Origin: a virus | Length of the DNA stretch: 64,000 nt | Virus record (IMG/VR): IMGVR_UViG_3300044710_000137 | Location: 20,546 to 84,545 of that record | Reading direction: 5' to 3' (one strand) | Shown here: piece by piece, positions 48,430 to 57,638 of the stretch | How positions within the stretch are numbered: the first letter of the stretch is position 1 | Layout of the letters: the number at the start of each line of letters is the position of its first letter | Translations under genes and position numbers: made by a program | Notes under the pieces: model-generated | The model's database searches: none | Told to the model about the DNA's origin: nothing | What the model saw: only the letters and a program-made list of their open reading frames with translations

Positions 48430-50427
48430 ATGCGGTGGCTGGTGGCTGGTGGCTGGTGGCTGGCGCTCGTTTTCGCTGGACTTGCCTTTGGGCAGGGCGC
48501 TTCCCATAATGCCACGCTTCTTTGGTCGCGTCCGATCAACAGCGCCACACCCGCGAACAATTACGTCCTCTGCTACAACTCCTCCAGCGTGCTCTGGACG
48601 TTTTGCGCGCCAGCGGCTCAGACCTACCCCTCGGCAGGCATTATGGTCTCCACCGGCTCCGCCTTCGGCACCTCCCTGGCCGATCCGATCACCGGGACGC
48701 ACGGGGGAACCGGCGTCAACAACGGATCGAGCATATTCACCATCGGAGGAAATACAGCCTTCTCTGGGGCGTACACCTTTACCGGCACGTTGACCGGCAA
48801 TACCGGGGTCACGTTTCCCACGTCGGGCACGCTCTCCACCACCACCGGCACCGTAACCTCCGTCACCTGCGGCACGGGCTTATCCGGCGGCACAATCACG
48901 GCAAGCGGAACCTGCGCAGTCACCGGCGCGGCAGGCGAGATCCTGGCGGGCGCAACCCCGGCGCTGACGTACACTCCAGTCCTCGGAGTGGATAATGCGA
49001 CGGCGGGCACCCTCACAACGGCCAATGGATCAGCCAATGCCCATACGATCTGGGGCAGTGGCGCAACCACAAGTAATACGATCTTGGGCTTTGCGACGGC
49101 TCCGACGACCGGGCATATCGTCACGGCGACCGTTTCCGGCACGACGACGACCCTCACGGATGGCGGTGCAGTACCCACCAGTGCCACTTGCACGTCTACA
49201 TGCGTCACCAGCGCGGCATCGCTTACCAGCACGGCCATTATGACCGGCGCAGGATTACAGGCGTCTCAAACCCCTAGCGCGACCGCAACGCTGGATAGCA
49301 GCGGCGATGCGTCCTTTCCAGGCACTCTCGCTGCCACCGGGCATGTCACGTTCGAGGGCGTCACGAGCACAGGGGCGACCGGCACAGGAAAACTGGTTTT
49401 TGCCACCAGCCCTACGATTACCACTCCAACGGTCTCGTCCGGTCAATTGCTCATTCAAACAGCTGGAGCCGCTTCCGCCCCGGCCCTCCTCCTCAACGGC
49501 GCGTGCTATACCGGTGGCACCGGCACAACGACATGGCCCTGCTTCCTAGTCCAACCCAGCGGCACGACCAGCAGTGCGTGGAGCACGTCAGGCACGATGA
49601 CTGGGGTGAATGCGGCGAGCGGGTTTGGGGGAAACCTGCTGGATTTGCAAGTGGCGGGGACGAGCGAAATGAGTGTCACAGCAGGCGGACAACTCAAAGC
49701 GTCTCAGGTCCTTTCGCCGCAGATTTCTACTAGTAGTGGCGCACAAACCCTCAACCTTCAGGTGTCCAACAATGGATCTACAGCCCATACCGGTGTGCAA
49801 TTAGGCCAAACTGGAATAACAAATTCCGCAGGTGCGTATATAGCTCTGGACATCGCCCCATCCTACAATCAAACCGGCACCGCCAGCAGCACTACTTTAC
49901 TGCTTCAGGAAACCGATACCGCACTCGGAAGCGGCACGCATCTAATTGCAGATTTTCAGGCAGGTTCCACCCCAACATCCAAGTTCAATATTAATACAGC
50001 AGGCGTCATCACCACAGTCCTTGCGGCCTCCTCTGGCGTCTATACCAACGCCACCAGCCAGTTGACCACGACCGCCCCATCGACTCTTGCCATCTCGGGA
50101 GCCACCTACGCCACTGCCACTAATTGCTCGAGCGCGGCGTCCCCTGCCGTTTGCGGATCTGCGGCAGCCGGATCGGTTGCCATCCCTACAGGCACAGTGA
50201 GCGTCAGCCTTACGGTGAACACTACAGCCGTCACAGCCAACAGCGAAATCTTCTTTGAACCGGATGACAGTGTGACCATCGCGGCCACCACCTGCAACAG
50301 CACCCTGTCCACTCTCGTGGGCGGCGTTGCGGTAACGGCGCGAACGGCGGGAACCAGCTTCACCATTACGTACAACGGCAGCATCGCCTCTAATCCACTC
50401 TGTGGGAGCTTCCACATTATCAACTAG
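48430..50427 (+). CDS. long signal-peptide-bearing tail-fibre-like protein
   Basis: LALVFAGLAFG-Q; HGGTG, GTVTSV..GTGLSGGTIT, TGTG.LVFATSPT motifs; Thr/Gly/Ala-rich. Confidence 0.7.
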   Translation: MRWLVAGGWWLALVFAGLAFGQGASHNATLLWSRPINSATPANNYVLCYNSSSVLWTFCAPAAQTYPSAGIMVSTGSAFGTSLADPITGTHGGTGVNNGSSIFTIGGNTAFSGAYTFTGTLTGNTGVTFPTSGTLSTTTGTVTSVTCGTGLSGGTITASGTCAVTGAAGEILAGATPALTYTPVLGVDNATAGTLTTANGSANAHTIWGSGATTSNTILGFATAPTTGHIVTATVSGTTTTLTDGGAVPTSATCTSTCVTSAASLTSTAIMTGAGLQASQTPSATATLDSSGDASFPGTLAATGHVTFEGVTSTGATGTGKLVFATSPTITTPTVSSGQLLIQTAGAASAPALLLNGACYTGGTGTTTWPCFLVQPSGTTSSAWSTSGTMTGVNAASGFGGNLLDLQVAGTSEMSVTAGGQLKASQVLSPQISTSSGAQTLNLQVSNNGSTAHTGVQLGQTGITNSAGAYIALDIAPSYNQTGTASSTTLLLQETDTALGSGTHLIADFQAGSTPTSKFNINTAGVITTVLAASSGVYTNATSQLTTTAPSTLAISGATYATATNCSSAASPAVCGSAAAGSVAIPTGTVSVSLTVNTTAVTANSEIFFEPDDSVTIAATTCNSTLSTLVGGVAVTARTAGTSFTITYNGSIASNPLCGSFHIIN

Positions 50428-50434
50428 GAGAACT

Positions 50435-50989
50435 ATGAAAACCCTTCTACTCGCTCTCTTCGCAGTCTCGGCCTTTGCCCAGGCGACCTTTACGATTTCC
50501 ATCCCAGGCGACCCAGGGTCAGTATCCATGACCATTTCAGCCCAGGCTGTGCCTTCTATGATCGCGGGAATTGAAAATTCGCCAGCGGTTGGAACGTCTC
50601 CTTCGACGTTGACATCTGCTGTGACCTCGACGGCTACGACCTTTCCCGTGGCTCAGGATACCAACGTCATCGCAGGTATGGGAGTATGCTTTGGGACAGC
50701 CCCATCTTGCACCGAAGTGGCGTTCATCTCAGCCGTCTCGGGGTTGAATTTGACGGTGACCCGTGCTCTCTTGGGAACGACAGCAGCAGCATATCCGAGC
50801 GGGCAAGCCTTCACGTACATCCGTTCGGGAGACTCCGGCGTCTTCATCGCCAACCTGATCCACGACGCCATCGTTCCGTTCATAACGGCCTTTCCAGGGC
50901 CAACTATTGCAGCGGCTAATGCGGCCATCGCCACGCAACAGGCAACTATCACTTCGACGGTAGCGGCAGGATTTTCCCAAACACCGTAG
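50435..50989 (+). CDS. signal-peptide-bearing putative virion protein
   Basis: MKTLLLALFAVSAFA-Q; LTV.R...GT.AAA...G domain. Confidence 0.6.
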   Translation: MKTLLLALFAVSAFAQATFTISIPGDPGSVSMTISAQAVPSMIAGIENSPAVGTSPSTLTSAVTSTATTFPVAQDTNVIAGMGVCFGTAPSCTEVAFISAVSGLNLTVTRALLGTTAAAYPSGQAFTYIRSGDSGVFIANLIHDAIVPFITAFPGPTIAAANAAIATQQATITSTVAAGFSQTP

Positions 50990-50999
50990 AATGGAAGCT

Positions 51000-51398
51000 A
51001 TGAAGACGCTACTGATTTTGCCACTCCTCGCCTACTGTCTCTTTGCGCAGGGGGAAGAAGGGGGTGCGGGGAAGAAACCGCCCGAGGTTTCGTCTCCGCA
51101 GGCTGCAAACAATCTCGTTGATCTCCAACCAGCCGCCAAAGATGTGATCAAGATTTTGGAAGCTCGGATCACAAGGTTAGCAGCTCAAGTATCTCAGCTC
51201 CAAAAGCAAATGACCGTCATGAGTGCAGCCCTAAATGCAGCTCAACAAGAATCAGCCACGGCAGTTCAACAGGCAGGACAGCTAGAAAATACAGCTATTG
51301 AAGAAGCAAGTAAAGCTCTAAAGTGTCCCAATGGATTAGACCCAGATACTCTAATTTGTAAACCAGAAGTGAAACCAGAAGCCAAACCAAAACAATAA
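51000..51398 (+). CDS. signal-peptide-bearing coiled-coil protein
   Basis: MKTLLILPLLAYCLFA-Q; coiled coil; C-terminal Cys pair. Confidence 0.6.
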   Translation: MKTLLILPLLAYCLFAQGEEGGAGKKPPEVSSPQAANNLVDLQPAAKDVIKILEARITRLAAQVSQLQKQMTVMSAALNAAQQESATAVQQAGQLENTAIEEASKALKCPNGLDPDTLICKPEVKPEAKPKQ

Positions 51399-51402
51399 AG
51401 GG

Positions 51403-51492
51403 TCTGGAGCTTCGAGCCTTACCCCTCCATCGACCTTGCGTTGCACCTCGTCAGTAATTGCCCTGCCAGGCACCCTCTACCGCATGCCCGGC
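51403..51492 (+). repeat. family B element (divergent middle)
   Basis: TGGAGCTTCG...CCGCATGCCCGG. Confidence 0.75.
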
Positions 51493-51544
51493 TTGACGAA
51501 TCAATAAGCACCATCCCCACGCCCCACATTTCAAAGGAATCCCC

Positions 51545-51889
51545 ATGCAGGCCGCTAATGAGTTCGTGATCGCCTCCGGTACCGCCCAGCAATTGTGCAC
51601 AAGCTTATCCAGCCCCACCCGCTACGTCACCCGCCTCATCATCCAATGCCAACCGGCAGCGGGCGACGGCTTGATCTACGTGTTCAATGGCGTGCCGATC
51701 GGCGTAACCCCGACCATCTCGACCTTCCCCTATATCACTCTGGCAGCGGGAAGCGCCGCTGCGGGCAGCGATGAATACGATGACCGCCTGGATACCGGAG
51801 ACACGTCCAATATCGACCTGTGCAGGATCTGGATCGACGGATCGCACACGGGGGATGTGGTGACGTTTTCGCCTAACGTGAAAGTGTAA
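51545..51889 (+). CDS. putative virion protein
   Basis: AAGGA RBS; small beta protein. Confidence 0.55.
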   Translation: MQAANEFVIASGTAQQLCTSLSSPTRYVTRLIIQCQPAAGDGLIYVFNGVPIGVTPTISTFPYITLAAGSAAAGSDEYDDRLDTGDTSNIDLCRIWIDGSHTGDVVTFSPNVKV

Positions 51890-51978
51890 CGAAGGGGCTA
51901 CGGGCTGGGTCCTGGGTGCCGGGGCGTGCCCCTTTGCCATTCCTAATAAATTAGGAAATTCCCATCGCTCCCGTGCCC

Positions 51979-52057
51979 ACCAGCGGAATCCGCCCGACAC
52001 CCAAAAACCACTCAGCTCCGAGAATCGCTTGCGATTGAAAGCGCCGGAAGCTCACAA
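51979..52057 (+). repeat. family C element
   Basis: ACCAGCGGAA...GAAGCTCACAA. Confidence 0.85.
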
Positions 52058-52085
52058 GCCCAAGACTTCTTCAAAGGATTATTAA

Positions 52086-52739
52086 ATGCCCGAGATTTCT
52101 CCTCTAAACGTCATCACCCAAAACAAGGATACAAGAGCCATCCCCGTGGTTCAGAACAGAATCCCGATTCCAGTTCCCCCAGTAGTCCATACGGAATTTC
52201 CATGCTATGCCTATTACCAAGGCGCAGCGGACGTTGCCGCCAAGACCGTCAAAACCAAGGAAGCATTGGCGCTCCTCGGTCCGGACTGGGGTCCCTTCCC
52301 GTTCACTACGGAGAAGTTCGAACGAACCGGCCCGGAGATCCCCGGCGTATCCTTCACCACCGAACCGGTAGGCACCGAATTTTCCCGCTACTTCTACAAC
52401 CAGCGCGCCAAGAACGTGCCGGAAAGAATCGTTGCCGACCCCATCGCGGCCGAGAAGCTGGGCAAGGATTGGGGACCGCTGCCGTTCAGCGAGGAACGCC
52501 TGGCGCTACTTCAGGATCTCGACAAAAAGGAAGCCGAGCTGAAGGCCCTCGCGCCGGCTGGTCCTCAGGCGCCCGAAACGAAACCGCCCGAAACCGAAAC
52601 GAAGCCGGCCGCCGGCGAAATGAAACCGGTTGAGACCAAGCCGGAAACCGCCCCGGCCGAGACGGAAGCACCGAAGCCGGAAGCGCCGCGGCCCCTCCCG
52701 CCGCCGATTCTGCCCAAGATCCCTAACGGGAAGGGGTAA
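52086..52739 (+). CDS. head-associated protein with two EF(P)..Y...LG.DWGP.PF repeats
   Basis: internal repeat and Pro/Glu-rich tail. Confidence 0.6.
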   Translation: MPEISPLNVITQNKDTRAIPVVQNRIPIPVPPVVHTEFPCYAYYQGAADVAAKTVKTKEALALLGPDWGPFPFTTEKFERTGPEIPGVSFTTEPVGTEFSRYFYNQRAKNVPERIVADPIAAEKLGKDWGPLPFSEERLALLQDLDKKEAELKALAPAGPQAPETKPPETETKPAAGEMKPVETKPETAPAETEAPKPEAPRPLPPPILPKIPNGKG

Positions 52740-53144
52740 GCGCTCAGCGGCGGCGGCTGTCCAGAAGCTTCCCGACTTCGGCGCGGATGGCCGTGCCGAT
52801 CAGCTCCTGGAGATCCACATCCTGAAGGGCCTTGCGCGCGTGATCCGTAACCTCGTTTTGGAGCGCGTTAGCCATAATCAGGTTCACGGTTTTCGCTATC
52901 TCCCCCGCGTAGTCGAAGTGCTGGACCGCGTACGATACTTCGGCCTCGATCCTGGCGTGGATCGACGGCATTTCCCTCTCGATGGCCCGCGCAACGGAGA
53001 CTGCCATAGCGCCCAAGCCGCCGTCGTTGACCTCAAAGTGCTTCGCTTGGGATGCCACTGGTTCGGGATTCAGGAAATGCCCCGGCTCCATCTCGGGGCC
53101 CAGAACCACAAGCCCCTCCTTCTCGGCGTTCTTGCCAAATAGTT

Positions 53145-53879
53145 TCACGCCGCATCCTTGAGCGTCTTCCTGCACGCCGCGCAGAGCACCTGCACCCGCA
53201 TGGGCTTGCCGCGCCAGCTTTTGAGAATCTTGGGCTTCGCCTCTCCACCGCAGGAGCGGCAGACGCTCAGGTCAATCGAGGCTAAGGCGGCCAGTCTGGC
53301 GCGTTCGTCGGTGAAGGGCAGCGGCCCCCAGTCCGGGCCCAGCGCCGTGGATTCCTCGGCCGTGTTCACCGTTCGCTCCTTGATGCCGGGGTCGAGTTGG
53401 TGATAGCGGGCGGCGGGGTATTCGCTTCCCGGCTCCGATGGCTGGGTCTGTGGCTTGAACTGTACGGCGGCCACTTCCCGAATAGAAACCGTTGCGGTCT
53501 GGCCGTAACCTTGGCTTGCGGCGAACACGCCATCGTCAATTTCCGCTAGATGCTCGGGAAGCTTCAGCGCCACCTGGCGGATTTCCTCTTCGAGCGCGAT
53601 GCACACGTCCCGATATTCGGACTGCAGAAATTCGGTCATCGCGCGGGCCATGTCTTCCATGTCGCCCTTGGTTCCGTCGAGGGTGACTTCCAACTCTGGT
53701 TCGAGTACCAGTGTGTATGGCCACGTTCCCATGTCGCGCCGGTATTGCTCTGCGGTGTAGCCGTCTTTTCCGATTTGCTTCCTTGGATCGAGACTGCCTT
53801 CGGCGTATTTCAGGACGAATTTGCGCGAGCGAAGAACCTCCAGGCGGGAAGCGAGTTTCTGCAGTCTCTCTGTGTCCAT
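53145..53879 (-). CDS. hypothetical protein with one EYP...LGPDWGPLPF repeat and a zinc ribbon
   Basis: shares a domain with 52086-52739. Confidence 0.6.
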   Translation of the reverse strand: MDTERLQKLASRLEVLRSRKFVLKYAEGSLDPRKQIGKDGYTAEQYRRDMGTWPYTLVLEPELEVTLDGTKGDMEDMARAMTEFLQSEYRDVCIALEEEIRQVALKLPEHLAEIDDGVFAASQGYGQTATVSIREVAAVQFKPQTQPSEPGSEYPAARYHQLDPGIKERTVNTAEESTALGPDWGPLPFTDERARLAALASIDLSVCRSCGGEAKPKILKSWRGKPMRVQVLCAACRKTLKDAA

Positions 53880-53921
53880 TTCTCTTCAAGTATAGACTCT
53901 TTGGAGCCCATAGAGTATAAG

Positions 53922-54010
53922 TTGGTGAGCTTCGCAAGCTGAAGCCGCCAGCCTCTCACTGGTAAAACGGGTCAGCGCCGCACTGCCGCGCAACTCCTCC
54001 CGCATGCCCC
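53922..54010 (+). repeat. family B element
   Basis: TTGGTGAGCTTCG...CCGCATGCCC. Confidence 0.85.
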
Positions 54011-54043
54011 ACTGCCGCCGTTATTGACATCCTCCGAACGTCT

Positions 54044-54124
54044 ACCAGCGGAAGCCGCACGACAAGACAGCGGTCTCCAGTTCCCCGATGGCATCGCGCG
54101 ATTGACAGCGCATCGAAGCCACAA
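54044..54124 (+). repeat. family C element
   Basis: ACCAGCGGAA...CGAAGCCACAA. Confidence 0.88.
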
Positions 54125-54143
54125 CTCCTAAAAGACTTTTTCC

Positions 54144-54911
54144 ATGCCTGCAACAACCCCACAAGCCGTAATTACTAATGCTTTGACTTTACTCCCCGGT
54201 ATTTTATGGCCAGGTAGTTCTCCTTCTACCATCATGTCTGCCGATGGATTAGTAAAGCTGAACGACATGATCGACTCCTGGTCAACCGAACGGCTGATGA
54301 TCTACGGCTATTCGACGCAATCCTATGCCATGGTCTCGGGGACAAACGCCTACACCTTTGGAACGGGAGGAACCTTCACCCCCCGGCCCATCGCCATCGT
54401 AGCGGCCAACATCATCACCGACGCCACCCTGAAACTGCGCTACGCCATGCGGCTGATCACCATCGACGAGTGGAACGCCATCCGCGACCGCCAGGCCGGA
54501 TCGCTTCTGCCCAAGGTTCTGTACAACGACGGCCAATATCCCTTGTCCACGCTCTCGATGTGGCCAACTCCGAATTCTTCAACCAGCCTATTGGAACTTT
54601 ACACCTGGCAGCAGATCGCAGACTTCGCGGCGCTCAATTCCACCTTCGACCTCCCCATCGGGTACGAACGGGCCATTACGTACAACCTGGCGCTCGATCT
54701 CGCTGGGGAATATCGCGTCTCCGTGCCAGCCGAAGTCTTGAAGGTGGCCATCGAGTCCAAGGCCGACCTGAAGGCCCTCAACGCCCCCCCGACGCACATT
54801 CCCGGCATGGCCCAGGAACAGATGGCGCAAGCGCAGGTAGGCGAAGCCTCCCAGCCGAACGCCGGTGCTCCACCGCCGCCTCCAGGAAGCATGCAGGGCA
54901 GCGTCACGTAA
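54144..54911 (+). CDS. head-tail adaptor (P22 gp4-like), paralogue 1
   Basis: I..AL...G......S....DGL..LN.M.DSW; P..LY.D; P.GYE.A..YNLA..LA.EY. Confidence 0.75.
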   Translation: MPATTPQAVITNALTLLPGILWPGSSPSTIMSADGLVKLNDMIDSWSTERLMIYGYSTQSYAMVSGTNAYTFGTGGTFTPRPIAIVAANIITDATLKLRYAMRLITIDEWNAIRDRQAGSLLPKVLYNDGQYPLSTLSMWPTPNSSTSLLELYTWQQIADFAALNSTFDLPIGYERAITYNLALDLAGEYRVSVPAEVLKVAIESKADLKALNAPPTHIPGMAQEQMAQAQVGEASQPNAGAPPPPPGSMQGSVT

Positions 54912-55004
54912 CGGGCCGGGGGCTGGGGCCCGGGGTCAGGGACTGGGGTTTACTTTTTACCATTCCTAGCCAACTAGGAATCCATCCCCACCGCCGATGT
55001 GACC

Positions 55005-55085
55005 ACCAGCGGAATCGTCACGACAGACAACCGCTCTCCAGCTCCCCGATGACAACGCGCGACTGACAGCGCATCGAAGCCACAA
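55005..55085 (+). repeat. family C element
   Basis: ACCAGCGGAA...CGAAGCCACAA. Confidence 0.88.
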
Positions 55086-55103
55086 CTCCTAAAAGACTTC
55101 ACC

Positions 55104-55853
55104 ATGGCGACAACTCCACAAGCTGTAATCACAAATGCCCTCGTAGTATTAGGCGTCACCTTCCCAGGTCAAACACCCAGTTCTTCGATGCTAAATGATG
55201 CCTTCACCCGCTTGAACAACATGCTCTTGTCCTGGTCCGTAGACAGGGGCATCATCTACGGCATTCTGAAACAGGATTTTCCTTTAACCACCACGGTAAA
55301 CAGCTACACTATCGGAGCCACGGGAACCTTCGCCGGCACGCGCCCCAACTCCATCGTCGCCGCTCAAATCCTGGTAGGCCCCTTGGGACTGCGCTCGAAA
55401 CTGCGTTTGATCACCACCGAGGAATGGGACGCCATCGAGGACCAGGGCGCCACCTCGACAGTTCCCGAACTCCTGTACGACGACTACGAATACAATAATT
55501 CCACGTTGTACTTCTGGCCCACCCCCACGTTCGGCTCGGGATCGTACTACGTCGAAATCCAGACCTGGCAGGAACTCGAAACCTTTTCCACCCTGGCCGA
55601 CGACTTCGACATGCCTCCCGGTTACGAAGAGGCCGTGACGTACAACCTCGCCCAGGTGCTCTCCATGGTCTATGGACGAGCCATGTCCCAGGAAGCCATG
55701 GGAATCGCGCAAATGTCGCTGAACAACCTGAAAACGGTCAACGCGCCGCCCACGCACATCTCGGGTATGGCGGAGGAAGCCGTGGCCCGCGGGCAGGTAG
55801 CGCAGGGCGCCGGGCCGATGCTCGGAGACGCGGTAATGCCGATTAAACGGTAA
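55104..55853 (+). CDS. head-tail adaptor (P22 gp4-like), paralogue 2
   Basis: same motifs as paralogue 1. Confidence 0.75.
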   Translation: MATTPQAVITNALVVLGVTFPGQTPSSSMLNDAFTRLNNMLLSWSVDRGIIYGILKQDFPLTTTVNSYTIGATGTFAGTRPNSIVAAQILVGPLGLRSKLRLITTEEWDAIEDQGATSTVPELLYDDYEYNNSTLYFWPTPTFGSGSYYVEIQTWQELETFSTLADDFDMPPGYEEAVTYNLAQVLSMVYGRAMSQEAMGIAQMSLNNLKTVNAPPTHISGMAEEAVARGQVAQGAGPMLGDAVMPIKR

Positions 55854-56631
55854 ACCTGCAAAAATAGGCTTACGATGAAACCCACGGGTTTGGGTGGGCG
55901 TGTTCAGCGCCAGTCCGCTGGTGTCGCATAGCGGGAGCGGTCACCCGTCTATCCCGGGTCGAAATTCCGGGGCCAGTCCAGCACGCGTGCAAGACCTCAC
56001 GTCAGCGGCCCGGTGAACGCGACTCCGGGCCGCGTAATTTAGCAGTCGCACGCGAAGCGCTGTCATCCTTCATGGATAATCCCCCGCGCGCCGCATCGCA
56101 TACAGATAGCCGCCGTGGTAACGAATGCTGGAAAGATGATGGCGAATTGGTCGCTGCCGCACTTGCATTTCATCGGCGATTCGCTACCATCCCAATCCCC
56201 GCCATGATCGTGAACGAAGGGATAGGCGTCGTCTATCTGACTCGGGAAGGAATCGCGGCGCCGCTCGGCTAGTGCCACCAGCTCGGGATCTTTGGAATAG
56301 AGGCCGGTCAAAATTCCCCTAATGGGCGAGCCTATAGCTCCGCTCGAAAACTGCCTTCAGTTCCAAATATTTGTAGCCGTCGTCCCTCACTACATAGTAA
56401 TCGCCGACCCTGGGCGTCATTCGCGCCAAGAGGGGAGCGCCCACTAGGACCTCACTCCCATCGCTCAACCGCAACGGGAGGCAGGTAACACCCCTGCCGA
56501 ACGCCACTAGGTCGCCTGGATCGATGTCGGCGATAACAAAGGCCTCTACCTCGACGGGATTGGCGATGCACTTCACGCCTCAACTCTACCATTCCTGATC
56601 GGCTGAATCCATCCCCACCACCGATGTGACC

Positions 56632-56710
56632 ACCAGCGGAATTCTCACGACACCCAAGAACGGCTCAGCTCCGAGAGTCACGCGCGATTGAAGCGCCGCA
56701 AAGCTCACAA
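56632..56710 (+). repeat. family C element
   Basis: ACCAGCGGAA...AAGCTCACAA. Confidence 0.88.
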
Positions 56711-56727
56711 GCCCTAAAAGTCTTCAG

Positions 56728-57522
56728 ATGTCAACTAATACTCTTACTCCTCCTTCAACTCAACCAGTATCTCTCCCTACTGTAAGGGTATCCGACATCA
56801 TCTACACAGGCTATCGTTTAGCAGGTATTTTAGCCGACCCAGGCGTAACCCCCTCCCCGGAAGAAACCACAGACGGATTCAACACCTTAAACGCCATGTT
56901 GGACGACTGGAACTCCCAGCGCTTCATGATCTTCACCATCATCCGCTATTTGTTCAGCTTCGTCTCAAACCAGCAGTCCTATCAGATTGGACCCGGCGCC
57001 GCGGATTGGAACTTTCCCAGGCCCCCAAGAATTGAAGGCGTTTCCGTGGTACTCGAGAACGATCCCACATTGCCATTGGAACAGCCCATCGCCATGCTGT
57101 CCTGGCAGAACTTCCAGAGGATCAGCGTCAAAACCATCCTTTCACCCATCCCATACGCCTGCTATTACGACCAGCAAAACCCCATCGGCAACTTGTGGTT
57201 CTATCCTGTTCCGGAAGGCCCGCTCAACTACGTCGCGCTTTATGTGTGGCAGACGATAGCCGCCATCCAGACCGTCAACGATAAAATCATCTTCCCGCCG
57301 GCGTACCTCCGGTGCATCGAATACAACCTGGCCGTTGAACTCGCCGCGCGCTTCCCACTTCGACAGAAGATGTCGCCTATCACGGTGAAGATAGCCGAGC
57401 AGTCCATGCGGAACGTAAAGAGCTTGAACATGCCGACGCTCGATATGACGATTGATCGGGCAGCGTTGCCGGGAAGACAAGGAATTTATGACTGGCTCAG
57501 TGACTCGCTCAGGTGGCCGTAA
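56728..57522 (+). CDS. head-tail adaptor (P22 gp4-like), paralogue 3
   Basis: GIL...G.TP..EE..DG...LN.MLD.W; FPPAY...I.YNLA.ELA. Confidence 0.75.
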   Translation: MSTNTLTPPSTQPVSLPTVRVSDIIYTGYRLAGILADPGVTPSPEETTDGFNTLNAMLDDWNSQRFMIFTIIRYLFSFVSNQQSYQIGPGAADWNFPRPPRIEGVSVVLENDPTLPLEQPIAMLSWQNFQRISVKTILSPIPYACYYDQQNPIGNLWFYPVPEGPLNYVALYVWQTIAAIQTVNDKIIFPPAYLRCIEYNLAVELAARFPLRQKMSPITVKIAEQSMRNVKSLNMPTLDMTIDRAALPGRQGIYDWLSDSLRWP

Positions 57523-57619
57523 ATAAAGCCTGTTCAACGCTTTACATTGCGTGGACAGTTAGAGCATAATCAAAGAGTGAGGCCGCGCTGTTATCAGCAA
57601 CGCAGCCCCGCAGATCAAG

Positions 57620-57636
57620 ACCTCTGGAGGGTCTCG
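57620..57636 (+). promoter_or_regulatory. RBS-sequestering hairpin upstream of the endonuclease
   Basis: AGACCTC-TG-GAGGGTCT traps GGAGG. Confidence 0.6.
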
Positions 57637-57638
57637 AA

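Noticed and set aside
20013-48463. GCTGGTGG as E. coli Chi sites
   Set aside because: They arise as a by-product of (GGTGGCT)n heptamer arrays, and nothing suggests an enterobacterial host.
54144-57522. Diversity-generating retroelement (TR/VR pairs) among the paralogues or repeats
   Set aside because: No reverse transcriptase in the window, and the differences are not confined to adenines.
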